Origin: Lama glama
Lineage: Eukaryota
Length of the DNA stretch: 64,000 nucleotides
Assembly (NCBI GenBank): GCA_028534125.1
Contig: CM052816.1
Location: 15,500,001-15,564,000 of the forward strand
Reading direction: 5' to 3'
The notes beneath the pieces were generated by a model, which had not been told where the DNA came from, did no database searches, and worked only from the letters and a program-made list of their open reading frames with translations. Shown here in pieces: positions 1-12,839 of the stretch. Within the stretch, counting starts at the first letter, position 1. Every line of letters starts with the position of its first letter. A program made the translations under genes and the position numbers.

Positions 1-19
1 TCTGTAGCATTATATCTGG

Positions 20-900
20 ACTTGGATCAGGTTGGTGACAGTGGAAGTGGTCAGAATCCAGATATATTCAGATGTGGAGGCAAGACAATTGGGTGTAGGG
101 ATGAAAGAAAGGACTCAGATTTTTGGACCTGTTACAAAGGAATCATACCTCCTTCCTCCCACATGTCACTCGTTCACCTATTGGAGAGATCAGGAATGGG
201 TTCATGAGAGAGGAGGCATTTCATTTGGGCCTTGAAGATTAGTTAGAATTTTGCTACTTATGGTTGGGGCAGAGGAGAGAGCATTTCAAATAAAAGAAAT
301 AGCGTGGACAAAAGTCTGGAAGTAGAGTGGTGGAATGGAGGGTTAGAGTGAGAAATGAGGCTGGAAAGGCCTGAGGGAAAGGAGCTAAGGATAAAATGAA
401 TGAGATCAGCTTTGTTTTACTCACTTTGTTCTGGGCAAGTAGTTACTCCCAGTGCAGTGCTGTTCATTCAGTATGCTTTCCACACAGCATTCCATGTGTA
501 ATGGACTCCACAGAGATTTCACTTGTTTATGGAAACATATGCACTGTTGATAATTCATAGATCAGTGTCTCCTAGTCAATTTTCAAGTTTCAAAAGTATT
601 TTTTAAAGCAAATTGTAAGTTTGGTTTGGGCCTTGTTAACCTTTGAGATACAATTAGATACCCAAGTTGAGATGTTGAATAGACAGTTGGAAATAAGAAT
701 CTGGAACTCTAGGCTAGTGAAATAAAATTGAGAATTCTTTATAAATTGTCGGTTCATAGGTGGCATTTAAAGTCATAGAATTGGATTAGGTCAACTAAGG
801 AGAAAAGGTAGCTGTGGGAGGGATAAACAAGGTTCATAGACTGAGCCAAGGGCACTGCAACAGGATGTAAAAGCTCATTACAGAGGTGTGGACAGCGTGT
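20..900 (-). mobile_element. Fragmented L2 LINE remnants
   Basis: Purine-rich antisense L2 motifs, e.g. gagatgttgaatagacagttggaaataagaatctggaactc and gtggcatttaaagtcatagaattggattagg. Confidence 0.6.
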
Positions 901-1579
901 AGTGTGAGTCCAGAGAACTGAGGGAACACCCACACGGGCAAGCCTATGCTGTGAAGGGTCCAAGTTGAAGGGGTAGGACCAGTTCCCTCCATGCTTAGGG
1001 CCCTCCTGTCCAGGCCCTTGGTTTTGTGTTGGAAGCAGAGGCTGTCAAGCTCAGTTAGACCTGAGTTTCAGGTGCTTTGTGGCTTTGCCCTACCAGCACT
1101 GACCCTGGAGCTGTGCAAGCCTGGCATGTTGAGGGAAGCAGGGGAGGGATTGGTGGAGGTAGAGGCTGATATCAAGCTAACCTCAGAGCTGAGTACACTG
1201 TCTGTGGGCCTACACTACAAGGAATGTTTCAGCACAGTTCATTTAAAGCATAGGAGATTAGAAACCCTGACATGTATCTGTATATCCTGAGTAAAATTTG
1301 AGGGAGGTGGGTACTTACATGGGTGAAAGCAAACATGCCTACTATTTTTGAACTAGTTTTGAAGGTTAAAATTCCCTAAAAGGATTTTATAATAACTAAC
1401 ATGTTCACTGTTTCCTGTATACACTTACACACATGCACATACAAATGTGCACGTTCCTACCATCTTTCTCTATATACTAAGAAAAGCTTCAGCCTTTAGA
1501 ATATGTTTTGAGTTCATCTTAATGATTCTTAACAAGTAATTGGTACTGCTTTTCTTTGCTCTGATGTATATTGCATAAT

Positions 1580-2290
1580 GACTTGGCATAATTATTAAGA
1601 ACATGAACTCTGGAATCAAATGAGTATGAATCTGACTCTGCCACTTACTACCACCTTGGGTAAATTAATTAGTGTCTCTAGACCTAAATAATACTCTTTT
1701 GTAAAGCAGCAGTAACAACAGGGTTTATGGATAGGGACCATAAAAAACTTCCCTTTATCTTCAATGTAGGTGTGGAATCAACTGAAAGTCAGGCAAATTG
1801 ATAAAAATTTTTGAATGTATGCTTTACCTTTATTACTGATAAAGGTTAGGTTGAAGGATGTGGCTTAGGTGTGCAGCAATAATAATGATTTCTAATACTG
1901 ATCCGGAATTAAACATACAAATTAGGTGAACTTACCCAGCAAATCTCTGGAAGCGTGCGACAACCACAGATCTCTCTCTGCAGAGGCAGGCAGAGCCTGT
2001 CAAACTTAAGAGGAAAATGTATACCTTCTGCAAGCAGGCAGATCCTGGCAGAGCAAGAGGGGCTGAGCCATAGTTCCTTTTTCCAAACACACCACTCAGA
2101 AAAGCCACTAGTCTTCCTAAAAGTAGATTGAGGAGGCCAAGACTAATAGCTGATGAAAACTGGAGGTAAACAGAATAAGCATTTCTCCCTTATTACAAAA
2201 AGTACCTACCTGATGACATAATACATGTAAATCACTTGATGCTGTTCCTGCCACACAGTAAATACTTGGTAAGTGCAGGATTTTGTTATT
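1580..2290 (+). mobile_element. MIR split by a ~470-bp LTR-like insert
   Basis: MIR 5'/core (gaatctgactctgccacttact...gggtaaatt) at ~1580-1720 and MIR 3' part (gtacctacctg...taatacatgtaaatcactt...cacacagtaaatact) at ~2200-2290. Confidence 0.5.
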
Positions 2291-2349
2291 TGCATATGAT
2301 GGATGCTCAGTAGCTGTTTACTGGTTGAATGTATTACCATCAACTTAAA

Positions 2350-2780
2350 AAGGTTTTTTTTTTTTAATTGGGAAAAAATGATACAAAATGTGTGAAGCTA
2401 TTTTAACAAACATTGGTGTACTCACCACTCGGAATTAACAAATGTTAACATTTTGGAATATTTATTTATCTTTGCTTATTTTTTATAAAAATAAAACCAT
2501 ACCAATGAAGTTGAAGTCTCATTTGTAACTTCCCTCTTGGCTTCACCTCTGTCTCATTCCCATTCACCAGAAGCAACTACTATCAGGTATTAGGTATATC
2601 TTTTCATTCCATGTTTCATAACATCTTATATTCAACAAATGATGTCATATTGTTCATATCTTTCAATAACTTGTCTTTTTTTTGAGCTCTACCCACACTA
2701 ACAGATATATGTAGTTTACTCAGTTTAATTGCTGTATTCCATAAGAACATAAAACTTTCAGTATTTTATTCAAAGGACCC
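2350..2780 (-). mobile_element. Old L1M (L1ME/L1MC-like) 3' fragment
   Basis: Poly(T) followed by antisense L1M 3' UTR-like text (actcaccactc...ttaacattttg...ccagaagcaactactatc). Confidence 0.5.
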
Positions 2781-4284
2781 ATTGTTGATAGCCTCAGTAT
2801 AAACCATGTAAATGTGGCCAAAGGGCCTAGTGACTCCTTCCATGTGTAGCATAAACATAGACATTGTTAGGGCTGGTCGGTGGGCTCAAGGATGCAAGTG
2901 CCAGGAGGTTAGTGATATTTGCTGCTCTTACTTCCTGATAGACATGGATTCTGTAATAAGGCCATCTCATAAACTTGGTGGCCTCTGCCCGTATTTTGAA
3001 AAGGGAGATCACATGTCCTTCACAGAGTCAGAACCAGAATCAGTCAGAAAGAGAGGGAGATCGAAGTGGGAACCCAGGATTCTAGATTCTAGATTCTCAC
3101 CACTATATCATTCATTTTTACTCTGAAAGAAATGGGGTTTCTTATGCCGTGGGTACTGCCAGTATCTGGGCCTTCTAATATTAGTGATCCATTTCTTATA
3201 AAATGAGGAACTCCCTAAACACCAGCTCTTTGAGTAGAGAGGTTTTAAGTGACTTCTAAATGGCCTAGCATCTGGAAATTGAAGAAAGGGCAAAATGAAA
3301 ACCACCCCTTGAATCATGTTTGTAAAGAGAAGTGTGCTAAGTGCTCTTTTATTATTCCAGTGTCATTATAAATTTAATTGGTGTTATGTCAGCTACTTAG
3401 ATCAGAGCTAATAGCACATTAAACTCCGTTCTGTTTGTACCAGTTCCATGGTAACTTGGGTGGGTGTGGAGTTGGGACAAGTGGCAGCTGTGACGTCTGG
3501 TCTGTAGAGTGATTTAATCATGATATGAGCCCCTGTATGATCCTGGATGGAGAAGTGTCACTGGGTAATGTGACCTGACTTCTCAGTGCCCCTCAGAGCA
3601 CTCAAGAGTGATGAGAGCAAGGACCCTGGGTTGCTTGTCTGACCTAGAGGTTTAGCTAAGAGTACAGTGATTTCTAGGTAATTCTGACATGTATAACTGT
3701 GTTCTCTTTTTCTCTTTCTTTCTTTCTTTTTTTTTTTTTTGGAGATTGGCTTTTATTTATTTTTATTGTTAATTTTTTTTCTCTTTCTTAATGAAAAGAA
3801 AGGCAAAGTTTTCTGAAAGTTTTGTAAGTAGCCCTTTGATAGTATAGTGTGTTTGTAGCTCTCCAGTTCTGCCCTCTGATGACCTATACAGATCAGCAAA
3901 GGAGGTGCCGATGAGTCATGCATCTGTGCTTTTAGTGGCTTTGAGCTCTTACTTGTTTTCACTGTCTCCAGGTCCTTTTATGGGTTTCCGGTTGCCATAT
4001 CTCTATTTTTTTAGTTGTATAAATATGTCACTCGATTGGAAAGTAGTAATGTCACATAGAAGTTTCCTTGCCCTTGTTTGTCCATTGGCTCTCCCAGGGT
4101 ACCTTGTTAACTCATTAATCTAGATGTTAATGCCTCTGCTGATAACGTTAAAGTTCGTTTTCAGAAATTAATACGTCAGTTTATTTTACCCTGACTGGTT
4201 TGTGTGTGTTACTCTCAGTCTTTGGGTGGAGTAAAGACTAATTTGCTGTGAAAATAATTAATTAGGAACTTGCCTTGCCATGCC

Positions 4285-5095
4285 TGTTTTTAAGCACAAC
4301 CATCATTACTGTCTAACTTAGAATATTTCACCACCACCAAAAGAAACCCCTTACCCATTAAGGAGTCACTTCCCATTTCCCCTTCTCCCAGCACCTGGCA
4401 GTCATTGATCTGTTTTCTGTCTGTATAGATTCGCCTGTTCTGGATGTTCCTATAAATAGGTCCTACAGTNNNNNNNNNNNNNNNNNNNNNNNNNNNNNNN
4501 NNNNNNNNNNNNNNNNNNNNNNNNNNNNNNNNNNNNNNNNNNNNNNNNNNNNNNNNNNNNNNNNNNNNNNNNNNNNNNNNNNNNNNNNNNNNNNNNNNNN
4601 NNNNNNNNNNNNNNNNNNNNNNNNNNNNNNNNNNNNNNNNNNNNNNNNNNNNNNNNNNATGAGTAAAGCTATCAACATTCACAAGTTTTCCTTGGAACAT
4701 CTGTTTTCATTTCTCTTGGTTGGGTATATACCTAGGAGTAGAATTGCTGGGTCATATGGTAATTTTATCTTTTTAACTTCCTGACTAACAAACTTTTCCA
4801 TAGCAGCTGCATCATTTTACATTTCCCATCATCAATATATGAGGGTTCTAATTTCTCCATGTCTATACTAACATTTATTTTCCATTTTTGATTATAGCCA
4901 TTTAGNNNNNNNNNNNNNNNNNNNNNNNNNNNNNNNNNNNNNNNNNNNNNNNNNNNNNNNNNNNNNNNNNNNNNNNNNNNNNNNNNNNNNNNNNNNNNNN
5001 NNNNNNNNNNNNNNNNNNNNNNNNNNNNNNNNNNNNNNNTCATTTTTTAGTATGGCTGTATATTTTTTTGTTGTTGAGTTGTAAGAAAATAGAAA
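4285..5095 (-). mobile_element. L1MB-like LINE-1 3' region containing two N-gaps (4470-4658, 4906-5039)
   Basis: Typical antisense L1 text: cacaaccatc...aaaagaaacccc; gggtatatacctaggagtagaattgctgggtcatatggtaatt; ttttccatagcagctgcatcattttacatttccc. Confidence 0.85.
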
Positions 5096-6169
5096 TTCTT
5101 GAGTTGCTTGGAGCAGAGTAGGATTGGACTGACTTGAGGCTTTTGCCACACATACCTGCATGTTAGTGTTGCCACCGCAGTTGAGTCAGTTACACCTCCA
5201 CTTCTAAGAATGCAAGGTGTTGCCCTGACTTCCTCTCTCAGAAGTCACACCCTTATTCACCTACCCCTTTACCATGCCTACAGGCCAAACTCCATAGTAA
5301 ACACTATTGATTTGATCCTCTTGCTCTTCTTGTAAGATTAGAGCAAACTAAAGACAAACTGAAACAGTAAAACTTGTTTTATTTGCTAATTTAGAGGACT
5401 GGTAGAGTTTTAATAGTCCTTATAGATGAATACTTGGCTTTCTGATCCTGGAGAAGCAGAGGAAGAACAATATATATTAGGAAATGTCTTGCTTTTATAA
5501 AATTTGTTTTCATGAGATTTCTTTATTTTGTGCTGTATACGTGTATTTCTCACATATGAAACTTAGAGAAGTGTTCTATGTGGGCTGTAATTTTTAATTT
5601 TGGGGTTTTGGAGTTTTTGTTGTTGTTGTTGTTTTATTTCAGAAAGGAATCAAAGACCTGAGGGTTATGATGTTGCTAGTGGTCTTTGTGCATCCTTTTC
5701 CTGATGTCTTTTACTCAGGTCCTGAATCAGACAAATACTTGGCATGTTTAGTATACTGTTGGTACACATATACTACACAAAATTCTCAGCTATGATATTG
5801 TGTGGTCTCTGAAGGACATTCTCTTTGCTCCTTTATTTCCTGAATATAGGATTTTAGCCCTTCTAATAATTTCCTTAGGTTTAATAATACCGATGCTTCT
5901 ACAACCCTTGTATTGGATGGGCACAAAGCCCCAGTGTCTTCTTTGAAGATAGGAGGTAAAATTATTGGTCCTGACACTACAGTTTGGATACTCTTAGGGC
6001 TCATCTGTGACAAAATATCGGGTAGTTTTCCTTCATGGAGTTTTATGATCAGGTCTCAAAGAGCCGTAGACTTTTTTAAGTTGGAAGGGTTAGAAAAGGG
6101 TTATCCTAGAGGCCACGTGATGGAGCACTCCTCTCCCCTGCCCTCAACCATTTCTGACGTGTTGTCATC

Positions 6170-6765
6170 ACAGTTCCTACTTGGACACATCTAGTGATTT
6201 CTAGTAATCTCACCCTTTTTCCTGAACTGCTCTTCTCTTGGTTTCTATGATACAGTGTCCCTCCTTTTAGTGTTATTTGCTGGTTCCTCTTTTTCCTTCC
6301 AGTCTTACTAAATATTGACTTTTCTAGCGGCGAAGTCCTCTTATTCTTTGTTCTTTGTCTAGGAATTTCAGTCATTCTCATGGCTTCAGGTACTACCTGT
6401 ATGCAAAATTGTATCTGTAGCCCAGACTTCTTCTATGAACTTCAGGCCCAATTTAGTTTTCTTCTCACATCTCACTTGGATGTCTCACAGGTACCTTAAA
6501 TTCATTGTCTCAGACTGAACTTACTGTCTTCCCTTCCAAACTTGGTCCTCTTGGGTGTTATTCTTAACCTCCACCCCAACTTCTGATAAATAATTAAGAT
6601 TATGGTGAAGTAGTTGTTGGAAGTCCTCTTGTTGGTTTTTCTCCTGAATATTTCCTAAATCTTTCTCCATTTCCATTGCCACCACTAAGATACTTTCATC
6701 TCTTTCTAAGATAACTGCAATGGCTTTTCAGTAGGTTCCTCAACCATTCACACTTGTATTTTCTA
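6170..6765 (+). mobile_element. L2 LINE fragment
   Basis: ctcatggcttcaggtactacctgtatgc...atctgtagcccagacttc...cacatctcacttggatgtctcacaggtaccttaaattca are L2 sense motifs. Confidence 0.75.
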
Positions 6766-7009
6766 ACCCAGTGCTTCCCAACCCTTTTTACATCATAGCA
6801 CCCAGAGAATAGTATTTGCATGATTCACTGGAGTAAGTGGACAAAGGGTGTTCAAGGTGGAGGTAACTGCTCTAGGGGGCTTTGACTGTGCTAAGCTACC
6901 CAGCCACTCTAGGGACTAAAAGAATCAATAATGCTGGACACATCTATTACCCACCCATTCATGACTCACTGAGTATTCTGCAGGAAACTCTGTTCTAACT
7001 CTGGTTGGC

Positions 7010-7281
7010 AGGGACCAGGTCATGTATGGCCTTATTGCCCAGCTTAAGAGTTTTTTTTTTTTTATTGTATTTTAAATGCCATGGGAAGACATTAAAGGGT
7101 TTTGAGCAGAAAGTAACCTAATTTACATGTTAAAATATTTATGACATTGGACTGGTAGCATTGGAGCTGGATAGAAAGAAGAGGATAGTTTAGGGATACA
7201 TTTAGAAGTAAGTTAAGACTGATAGATGGATTGGAGATACGGGGTTTGAGGAAAAGAGAAGAATCCAGGATAGCTTCTGTA

Positions 7282-7315
<34 letters not shown>

Positions 7316-9100
7316 TGATTTTTAAATTGAGCAATTGGATGACTGCCATTCACTGAGATGGAGGAGACTGGGAGGGGGTGGGTTGACTATAAATCAATTG
7401 TGCTTGTTTTAGACATGTTAAGTTTGGGTTTGACATCCACGAGGATATGTTTTTTAAGCAATTGGATGTATAAATCTGGAATTCAGGGGAGGTCTGGGTT
7501 GGAGATATAAATTTGGGAGTCATAATAAGGTTTAAAGCTATGAGATGAGATGAGGGTTTCTAAGAGACGGTGATAGAGAAAAGTTCCAGGACAGCTTCCC
7601 AGAAAATGACAACATTTTGAAGTTGAGCAGAGGAGTAGTCCACAAAAGAGTAAGCTAGTAATGTAGGAGGAAAACAGGAACGTGGTGTCATGAAAGCTAA
7701 GAGAAGAAAGTATTTGAAGAATTGTGTTGAATGCTGTTGGTGATTAAGAATTAAGAGAATGGAGAAGTAACTGCTGCTTTGGGCAACAAGAGAACACTGG
7801 TGAATTAGACAGCAGTCAGGTCAGCAGAGGAGATGGGAAGCATGATTGGAGAGATCTGAGAAGCAAATGGGAGATAAAGAAGTGGAGGCAGCTACTAGAC
7901 AGTTATTTCAAGAGGTTTGCTAAGAAGGGGAGGAAAGATGGGGGCATTACCCACAGGGGAATGTGAGGTCAAGAAAGGGTTTTTTTGTTTGTTTTTTTAA
8001 ATGACTTGCCTTACCAAGAAGGATTTCTCTTGCAGAGAAAGAGAAATTAAAGATTAATAAGAAAGAAAGAAAAAGGATAACTGTGGGAGTGCAGTTTTTG
8101 AGAAGGGGATGGAATGAACGCCATATGGAAGGATTGTGTTTTGATAGAAGCAGATACACTCCATCCGTTTTAACAATAGAGAAGGAAGAGTATACATACA
8201 GATACAGGTTGGGTAGTAAATTTGGTAGTTGAAAGAGGGAATTCTCATCAGATTGCTTCTATTTTCTCAGTGAGCTGGGAATGAGAGGGGAGGAGAGAGT
8301 GTAGGAGATTTGAGGAGGCAAGATAAAGTATAAAATAGTTATTTTGGAGAACAGACAAGTTAACATATTAAGGAAATTTAATAGCATTTCTGGACAGCGG
8401 TGAGTGCCCATTTGAGATTCATGGTCCTGAATTTAAAGTGAAACCACATAGCATAGTTAAGTGCTTTTTTCCAGCAACATTCAGCTGTTTGGGTACAAAC
8501 ATGGAGTAGGTAGAGGGTAAAGTTTAGCTTGACTGGCATTTTTCCAGGCAAGTGCAACAGAGGGAGAGGTGGCAAAAGGGAGTTTACAGGGGGAATAAAT
8601 ATAAATGATGGGCTCTGAAAGCTAAGCTGGGTAGGGGGTGGGGGGACCATGGAAGCATAATGGATAATGTTGAGTGATGGGTTTGAAGAAGTGCTAGAGG
8701 GCGAGTTATCAGATAGAAATGATCTGGGAAAAATAGGAAGCAGTGGGGTGAAACTGAAGTGGTGCAATTACTGGTATTGTTGAGATCTCTCGGATATGAT
8801 TGTGGGCTTTGTGGCTTAGGTGAGATAAAGTAAAAACTGTGAGCGGAGAGGAGGTCATGGTGTTGGATGGGTCAACTGTGTTCTTGTTGAATCACCTTGA
8901 GTGGTGCAGGAGTGGTGGAGAGGAAGACAGTGAGCCATTGATGAATGATGGGTAGTACCCAGGATATTGATAGACTGTAGTGGTAAGAAGAGAAGAAGAG
9001 GATGGTACAGCATGATGCCACAAACTTCAAGAACCAGGGTTTTTGAAAGAAAAAAGAGGAGAAATGGTTTGGCAGTAGGCTGTAATGAATAAATGGAAGG
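7010..9100 (-). mobile_element. Long degenerate L2 LINE
   Basis: Antisense L2 motifs throughout (gagcaattggatgactgccattcactgagatgg; ggagatataaatttgggagtca; tttcaagaggtttgctaagaagggg). Confidence 0.75.
7284..7314. repeat. (TG)15 microsatellite
   Basis: Perfect dinucleotide run read directly. Confidence 0.95.
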
Positions 9101-9207
9101 GTGGATGGATAGACATTTATGCTTTTATTAGGCAACTTTCATTGGAAGTTAAACTCTCTACCTGCTGGATTCAGTTCTACCTTTTAAGGCTTCCTCTTTC
9201 TTAAAAA

Positions 9208-9412
9208 CACATGTTGGCAAATTACAGCCTGCTGGCCAGAGGTGGCTCACTTGTTTTTGTGTTTTTAGAACACAGCTGTGCCCATTTGTTTGCACATTTT
9301 CTGTATTGCTTTTGCATTACAGTGGCAGAGTTGAATAGTTGTAATTGAGACAACCCTATAAAGCCTAAAATATTTGCTGTCTGGCCCTTTACAGAAAGTT
9401 TGCAGACTTCCA
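9208..9412 (+). mobile_element. MER58A-like hAT-Charlie MITE
   Basis: gttggcaaattacagcc...gaacacagc...ggcagagttgaatagttg...aaaatatttgctgtctggccctttacagaaagtttgc matches the recalled MER58A consensus. Confidence 0.85.
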
Positions 9413-9417
9413 TTTTT

Positions 9418-9611
9418 CAATGAGAGTCTCAAACTTGAGTGTGCATCACAATCAGAATCACCTGGAGGGCCTATGAGAACAGATTGCCCGGCTCCACCCC
9501 TAGAGTTTCTCATTCAGTGGGTCTAGGCAGGGGCACAAGAATGTGCATTTTTTAACAAGTTCCCCAGTGTTGCTGATGCTGGTGGTCTGCAGACTACTTT
9601 AAGAGCCATTG
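9418..9611 (-). mobile_element. MER5A-like hAT-Charlie MITE
   Basis: tctcaaacttgagtgtgcatca...gaatcacctggagggc...taacaagttcccc...gctgatgctggtggtc is the reverse complement of the recalled MER5A consensus. Confidence 0.85.
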
Positions 9612-10122
9612 CTTTAGATATTTAAGGTAGTGATTGGGTTCCTTCTCCCCTTAATCTTCTGTGAGCCAAATGTCCCTATCTGCATCAGCTTTTTATCACT
9701 TTACACGATTTATTGGCTTGTCTTATCCCTTTTAAGCTTGGTGCCCACAAATGTAATGATTCTTTGGATGAAGCCCGCTCAGTGCCATATGCATTGGAAC
9801 ATTTGCCACTCCTTGCTTTTCGTGTACCCATGAGCTACCTTCCTTTCTTTCTCAGGTTGTCTGATGAACTTGTGTTTGTCTGTGACTTAAATGAAACTGA
9901 TGTGTTCAGGAGGGCAGTAGGTAGAGATCACATAAACTCTAGGGGGACTAAAAGGCTAAACACTGTTATTTGGAGGAAGTAAGAATCCCCCTGACCCCCA
10001 TCCCCAGGAAATCTCTAGTATAAGGTGCTTGAGTAGAGGTTTGTCTTGGGTAGATCGAGCATGTAATCATAGGTGGCATTTGGGAGTCTGACCCCATGTG
10101 GTAGCAGTGTCAGAATCTCCAC

Positions 10123-10736
10123 TTTTTTTGTTGTTGTTTGTTTTTGATTGAAGTACTGTCAGTTGCAATGTGTCTGTTTCTGGTGTACAGCATAATGTCC
10201 CAGTCATGTATATACATACATATGTTCTTTTTCATATTCTTTTTCATTAAAGGTTATTACAAAATATTGAACATAGTTCCTTGTGCTATACTAGAGAAGC
10301 TTTTGTCTGTTTTATATTTAGTGGCTAACATTCATAAATCTCAGACTTCCAAATTTATCCCTTCCCCACTTTCCCTGATAACCATAAGATTGTTTACTGT
10401 GTCTGCAAGTCTCTTTCTGTTTTGTAGATGAGTTCATGGTGTTTTTTTGTTTTTGTTTTTGTTTTTGTTTTTTTTAATATTCCACATATGAGTGATATCA
10501 TATGGTATTTTTCTCTTTTCTGGCTTACTTCACTTAGAATAACAATCTCCAGTTCTATCCATGTCGCTGCAAATGGCATTTTATTCTTTTTTATGGCCAA
10601 GTAGTATTCCATTGTATAAATATACTACAGCTTCTTTATCCAGTCATCTGTGCATGGACGTTTAGGTTGCTTTGATGTCTTGGATGTTGTATATAGTGCT
10701 GCTATAAACGTTGGGGTGCATGTATCTTTTTGAATT
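10123..10736 (-). mobile_element. Lineage-specific (artiodactyl/camelid-type) L1 3' end: ORF2 C-terminus, 3' UTR and A-rich tail
   Basis: Minus-strand translations IQKDTCTPTFIAALYT...DDWIKKL and [10 protein letters not shown]...[21 protein letters not shown]...[10 protein letters not shown] match the L1 ORF2 C-terminus; T-rich tail at ~10123-10145. Confidence 0.92.
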
Positions 10737-12839
10737 GGGGGTACGGCTGGTGTTGTGGTGACCAGAGCTTGCCCTGGTTGTTGAGCAGGGCCTCCTTTTT
10801 GTTCTGTGGTTGTCAGCCCTGACAGGGGCCAGGTCTGTACCCCTTTTATTGGAATGGAGGCTTCTAGACCCATTTCTGAGTGGTGGTGCGTAGTAGGTGG
10901 GGTTGGAGTGCTTTAAGTACTCTTCGTTGACTCTGCCCTTGGCCTCGCTTTAGCCATGGGAATGTCAGTGCTCTGCTCTGGTGTCTCCGAGGTTCTCTGC
11001 CCTCAGAGCTACCAGTGCAGTCCCGCCAACTTCTGGGTCACACACCTGGGTCGTGGCGCACTATCGGGTCAGCACCATCTCCAGCATCAAACACTGCCCC
11101 TGTGCTCACCCCACTTCATGACCTCCACTTGCTCGTTCCAGAGGCCCATGGGTCACACCACTGGGTCAGCGCGTCACAGTCTCTTTAGCAGGTAAAAGAA
11201 CATCTGGGAGAAAAAACAAGGTCAGTGGTCAGCCGGACTAAGTCTTTTGTCCCTGTCTTTCAGCAGAGGAACCTCTGAAAGATGTTTTGAAAGCAGTTTC
11301 TAAAAGATGCACAGACAGTAACCCCTTCTTAGATTTCCTTTCATTCTCTTGCTCCTTGCATAAATTGCTTTCTTATTCTTTGAGGTTGTCTCAAAGTATG
11401 TAGTTCAGCAGTTACCTTAGAGCCTTGTGTCCTCAGTGGTGAAGTAGATATATACGCAGATGACTTCACAAGTGGACATGTGTCCTTGGATAAGTTGTCT
11501 CGTATCTTCAAATTCCTGATCAGGTTTGGCCTGCATTTTCTGCCTCTGGTGAGTGCCCCTCACCCATTCAGGCCATCACAGCACTTGCAGTTTCAGGGCT
11601 CTGCCCATCTCTGTCTCATTTCCCTTTCTGACTTCTCTAATTGTGCCCCTGCGTTACCTTTGTTTCTCTCTTCCTCCTCTTATTTCTCTGCCTTCTTCAC
11701 ATTTGACACCATCTGCCAAGGCATGCCTCCCCAGCCTTCAGTGAATTCTTGGCCTCTTGCTGAACTTCCCCATTATGGGCAGCTGGCCCCCTCTGGCCAT
11801 TTTATAGTTCTGCAAAGTGAGAGAACACGAGAATCATTGAGGCTCTTGAGTTTTGAATTTGGTATTGTCCATATCCTCATTTTACAGGTGGGGAAATAGA
11901 AAGTGAGAGGGGGGGAAAAACATTTCTATACTCCAATAAATGAGAAGCAGGAAAAATACTAATTTAGAGAAAGAGAGGGAGACAAAGTTCATAAGAAAAA
12001 AGTCTGTAGAGATAGTGTCACAAGATGAGTTACCTCAGGAGTCTATTTGAGAGACTGTGTCATGTCGTAAGAGTTCTAGGGACTTGAGCCTCTTCCCTTT
12101 GTGAGAGGATGAGAGTGAAACATCAGCCCCTGTCTGACTCCCGGAAAGAAGAACCTCAGGCTGATGAGCAATAACTCCAACAATGTCACTTCCCTGGCTG
12201 TACTGAGCCCCACAGGAAATCTCAGAATTTCACGTCAGGACAAGGTCCCACAGGAATGTCATTGTACCCAGAGCTCTGTGGTTTGATGCCACTGGAGAAT
12301 TTCCTAGCGAAAGGGTTCTGAGGGAGATTGCTCAGCAAGACAGAAAGGTGCTGCAGTGTGAGGCCAGCAAATGCCTTCCTGGGGCTCGTGCTGGGGGAGT
12401 TAAAATACCTCCTGGAGTTCCCAGAGCAGTCATTATCCCTTGTAGTGCGCAGCAGCCCTGACGTTGACATCACATGGAGCAGTTTCTCAAGGATTTCCGA
12501 CTCCAGGATGTGGGAAATTGGGATGGTTTGTTTTATGGTTTTATAAGTTGACCTGATAAAGTGTGAGGGCTTGACCCTTAGGGCCTGTTTTGTTTTTTTG
12601 GAGCAGAGCTTTGATGTCCCCATCAGGGTCAGTGAGCTCTGAGTGATAAGCCTGTGTATAGCCAGGGGCGAAGGTTAGAGATCATGTCCCAAACTGAAAA
12701 CCACCTTGAAGGAGAATCGTCAGTTTCTGCCTTTGCTTCCTCTGGTGGGTGTTCATCATTCATTCAAGTTGGGAGGGAAAACTAAACAGGAGTGTGTGTA
12801 CAGGTAAACCAGTAAGGCATCATTTCCCATGATAAATGC

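Noticed and set aside
6170-7900. Inverted L2 pair as a dsRNA hairpin
   Set aside because: The copies appear too diverged; I saw no long exact complementary blocks.
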